From NCBI GenBank assembly GCA_000934665.2, contig JYFJ02003770.1, positions 1-41,015 of the forward strand: a DNA stretch of 41,015 nt, read 5' to 3'. How positions within the stretch are numbered: position 1 is the stretch's first letter; the number at the start of each line of letters is the position of its first letter. Of this stretch, positions 38,001 to 41,015 are shown in pieces. This stretch comes from Catajapyx aquilonaris. Taxonomy: Eukaryota. The notes beneath the pieces are model-generated. The model saw only the letters and a program-made list of their open reading frames with translations, made no database searches and was not told the DNA's origin. A program made the translations under genes and the position numbers.

Positions 38001-40642
38001 ACTGCAAAACTTGAGGGTAAAGGCCACCCCCCAGAAAAATGTACACCACACCTCTGTGGAACATGCCCCCATACCCCATGTTCAGTTTTATCATTACACT
38101 CGCTTTGCGAGGCTGTGGGGCTGCTCCCCACTTGCGCGCCTTCCGAGTGAATTGGTCGGGTCGTGGGCAGGTCCCCCTTGGCCTTCGTAACTCTGCGAGG
38201 CACTTTGTGGTGCAGGTGCAACAGGCTGCCTCCCCGACCACCACTCTCTGATGAGAACAGAGCAAGTATTTTTACGCAAAAATTGGTCGGAGTGAGTTGC
38301 ATTGGGTTACAATACATCCACCAGTGACGTCATCGCTAGGGATGAGGGACATGCAAACACACCCTCTGTCATTTCATACAAAAGGAAGGATGGGGTGGGG
38401 GCCGGGAGGTGAAAGCAGAGAAAGCCGAGATGGTAACGTCTCGTCTTGCTGAGTGAAAGGTCCCAGGTTCGATCCCCGCCTGGGAGTTCCCTTTCACCTG
38501 CGTCAGGAGGGTCTCTGACCTACACCTTGAAGGTGTCTGGCAAGCTAACCTCCTGGGGGATTGCACACAGCCCAAACTTGAGACATTGCACCTGCACTCA
38601 TGTCCCCTCCCCGAAAATCCCAATCCTTACCCAATCTCCTTGATTCCCTGCACCCGAGTGAAGTTAACTTAGAAAAGTGAGGGAAAATGGTGGTGTGCCA
38701 CCCCCCTATTAGTATAGAACCCGTAAGGGTCATCATGGGGTACAATAAATTGGAAAATAAAAAATCCAATATCACGAGGTTCATGTTAACTTCTTGGCAT
38801 AAAATGGATGTCATGAGAAAGCTACAGTAGATCTTAGCTGGCAGTATCAGTTATAATCTTAATTTAGCCTTTACATTAGGTGAAACACTTTCGTATCAGG
38901 TGTTGAGATACCATGAGTATCAGACGTTCTTGCTCATATCTGTATGAGTGTAATATTTGTGGACTTTGTGTCAAGATAGTACAGTACGTTCGTGCTTAAG
39001 CATACCCACAAAATACAGTAAAACTTCTATAAGTCGAATCTCCATGGGCCCGGAAAAAAAACTTCGAGTTATAGAAGATTCAAGTTAGAGATGTTTTGGC
39101 ATTTTTAAAACACATAACTCTATAAGGAAGCCTACCTTATGTCCAGGAACGAAAGGTGTTCAACACTTATAAATAACAGTCACCATCACACTACAATGTT
39201 CCTCATTGTTTTGTTGTAAAAAACTCTGTTATGGACATTCGCCTACTCTTAGATCGGCTCTCACTCTTAATAAAGGATTCAATTGTCACAATATGCAGAT
39301 GCAGATGTGAACGTCTGGGCCCATGCGCCTCTAAAGATTCGCTACGTCACATCTGCTCCACCACCTTCACAGAAGCAAAAGTCAGCTCTAAGGCCTCCGA
39401 ATAATTCTGCCTTGGTCCCCTAATGCATCGTCCATGTACAAAAGGCGATCAAATCCCATTAGAGTAAGAATCCGTGTGCAACACCTGTGTACTTTGTTGT
39501 TTTTGCCTCATAGTTTATCATCAAGCCCTCTACACTTTAAAGGCGCAGTATGCATTAACTATGCAAGGGCACCCAAAATTAATTGCATGTCCCTATACGT
39601 ATTAGTTTTGCGAGTACTATTAGTCTACCTGGCGATTATCCACAAGTTTCTCTTCACCCTGTATATGCAGTACTGTATTGTTGGTCTCGCCACTCCCTGA
39701 GGTACTCTAACTGTTGTTAAATACACGTGTACAGCAGTTCTAGCCAAAATAAGGAAAGGAGCCCTCAGAACTGAATGACCCTCAACCTGGAACCTCCCAT
39801 TAATCAATGTTTCAAATATTTGGCATGAAATACAGCAATATTAGTACTGCCTATGGAAATTTGTGGCAATTTTGGAACATATCTCATGTATACATTGTAA
39901 TTTTGTCTCCTTTTATGCCAATTAACTTTACACTGCATTTTGCTGGAACCAATTAATGGCATAAAACGGGTACCCGGTACTTCCTGTACTCCTGAATCTG
40001 AGGAGATTTTTCACATCAGAAGGTGTGACTCTTTTGCATAGGAAATTTTACATGTGAAAATAATAAATTAATTTTGACAGTTATAATATTAAGGAACTTA
40101 ATAATTTAAATTTTTATTTATTGCAGAGTTGTTCATGGAAAGCTGCCTGGATGAACTCTATGACAATCTTAAGGGTGGATCTCTTTTTTTACCCAAAGTG
40201 GACCATGCTGAAGGATTTGATCGGTACCGTAAGTATCAAAATAAGAAATATGTCACGCCCCATTGGCTCTTCTCCATGTAACACATTGTTTCTTACGTTT
40301 TTTTAGGTGGGAAGGAAGCTTCTCATGAGGCTGGCTTTGATGCCTTCCGCACTGGCTGCTGCTTCCTGTGGATGGCCCAGGTGGCTGCTGTCAATGGTTT
40401 CTTGTGAGTTGACTCAACTCATTCACAAAACATCAACGATAGAATTGGAGTCCACCACTTCCTTTCAAAACCTCATGTTTTCTTTTGACAGGTGCATCAG
40501 TTCATTGACCTGTAATAGCAAATGCTATTTTTTGTGTTTCAGAATGGGTAATGATCGTCCTCTCCCTCCACGCTCCTTGCTGGGTGTCATGAAGCCCTAC
40601 TCAAATAAAGTCCACCTGAGCATTGCCACCATTCCATTCATG
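33185..40642 (+). CDS. PNLDC1: PNLDC1/Trimmer-like PARN-family (CAF1, DEDDh) 3'-5' exoribonuclease, 3'-partial
   Basis: Exons: 33185-33315, 34183-34441, 35994-36351, 36413-36514, 40127-40228, 40307-40403, 40543 (alternative 40492)-40642 = 383 aa, continuing past the window. Catalytic motifs intact: FVAIDTEFTGL, KPLIGHNMILDL, VFDTK, HEAGFDA. SLFDxP..YLK.R, YxAHS, QAS and RGFS are closer to recalled PNLDC1 than to PARN. Confidence 0.88.
33920..34067. mobile_element. pogo/Tigger-type MITE
   Basis: TA flanks. 22-bp TIR C(C/A)GT(T/A)GACTCTGGATATAACAG. Internal TATAACAG repeats and GGTCCC motifs typical of pogo-like MITEs. Confidence 0.85.
34829..35683. mobile_element. Long-TIR (about 300 bp arms) non-autonomous mariner-type element
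   Basis: TA flanks. Termini C(AT/GA)GGGTTGATTCATAAGTCATGGCGCGTATTTTT. Inverted similarity extends to about 35208 and 35378. The left arm contains the (CA)n expansion. Confidence 0.88.
35007..35088. repeat. (CA)n microsatellite with one N
   Basis: About 40 CA units; N at 35066. Confidence 0.95.
36662..37215 (-). mobile_element. Internally deleted pogo/Tc2-like transposon retaining the transposase start
   Basis: TA flanks. 28-bp perfect TIR CCGTATTTACTCGCATATAAGACGCAC. GTGCGTCTTATA repeats. Minus-strand ATG at 36901: MEVKEKRRSYRADFKKKVINCADRTSNRQA*, resembling the Brinker-type DNA-binding start of pogo/POGK transposases. Confidence 0.88.
37496..37503. other. Assembly gap (8 N) at a poly-C run
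   Basis: NNNNNNNN in the sequence. Confidence 0.99.
38411..38610 (+). mobile_element. tRNA-derived SINE, diverged or truncated relative of 17864-18262
   Basis: AGCCGAGATGGTAACG (A-box-like), AAGGTCCCAGGTTCGATCCC (B box 38466-38475), shared body motif GACATTGCAC.TGCAC. Boundaries approximate. Confidence 0.65.
39016..39090. mobile_element. Isolated pogo/Tigger-like terminus
   Basis: TA|CAGTAAAACTTCTATAAGTCGAA with an internal inverted echo TTCGAGTTATAGAAG. No partner TIR found. Confidence 0.4.
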
Positions 40643-41015
40643 GTTTGTTTCTCTCATTTTGTTATACACTGAAAATTTAAAGCATAAAAATATGCACTCA
40701 TAAATATGGACCTAGAAGAGAAAATTATTCATATACTTGCTCTGATCTGAAAATATTGGGACACCCCCAAAAAATGGAGTGGTGGGGTTATACACAGGAT
40801 GTGATAAAAAGTTTCCATTAAGATTATCTGGACTTTAGAATGGATAATTATGAATAGTAACAATTGAGCTAGGAGGATACCAAATTTGAAGTTCATTTGA
40901 CAGTTAACAACTGAAATTAATACGATTATACCTTGGACAGTGAATTTCTGTGGGGTCTGGTAAAAATTGCTGCCACTATGTTAATTTCTTACTTAGCGGG
41001 ATGTAAATGTTGATA

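Noticed and set aside
37681..38317. 194-aa and 112-aa minus-strand ORFs
   Set aside because: No recognisable domain; they lie in repeat-like intronic DNA.
38880..38941. Possible extra PNLDC1 exon (GETLSYQVLR...)
   Set aside because: Exon 36413-36514 joins 40127 in phase and colinearly with the family; no compatible strong donor exists here.
1..41015. CRISPR arrays, operons, rRNA or prokaryotic defence systems
   Set aside because: No regularly spaced repeat-spacer array or rRNA-like sequence; gene structure is spliceosomal and eukaryotic.

Overview
Intron-rich animal (most likely arthropod) genomic DNA, not prokaryotic. Most six-frame ORFs are exon fragments or noise. Five spliced genes can be rebuilt by hand with GT-AG introns and consistent phases. 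Three are tandem + strand SLC13/DASS (Indy-like) anion transporter paralogs: A 2918-7224 (exon 1 not found), B 8604-13001 and C 16531-25126. One is a - strand gene with 14 zinc fingers (26582-~31277). Head-to-head with it is a + strand PNLDC1/Trimmer-like DEDDh exonuclease (33185 to beyond the window end). Introns hold many small transposon derivatives: mariner/Tc1, pogo, piggyBac, Harbinger-like MITEs and tRNA-derived SINEs. Points of most interest: (1) paralog C is rewired at all four Na+/substrate-site motifs, including a new Arg; (2) paralog C lacks four 3' introns that A and B share; (3) the Trimmer has its R3H-type insert replaced by an acidic loop, plus a candidate upstream exon giving either an N-terminal extension or an overlapping uORF; (4) the zinc-finger protein looks internally duplicated; (5) a fold-back element is built only from mariner 3' ends. 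All family comparisons are from recalled consensus motifs, not database searches.
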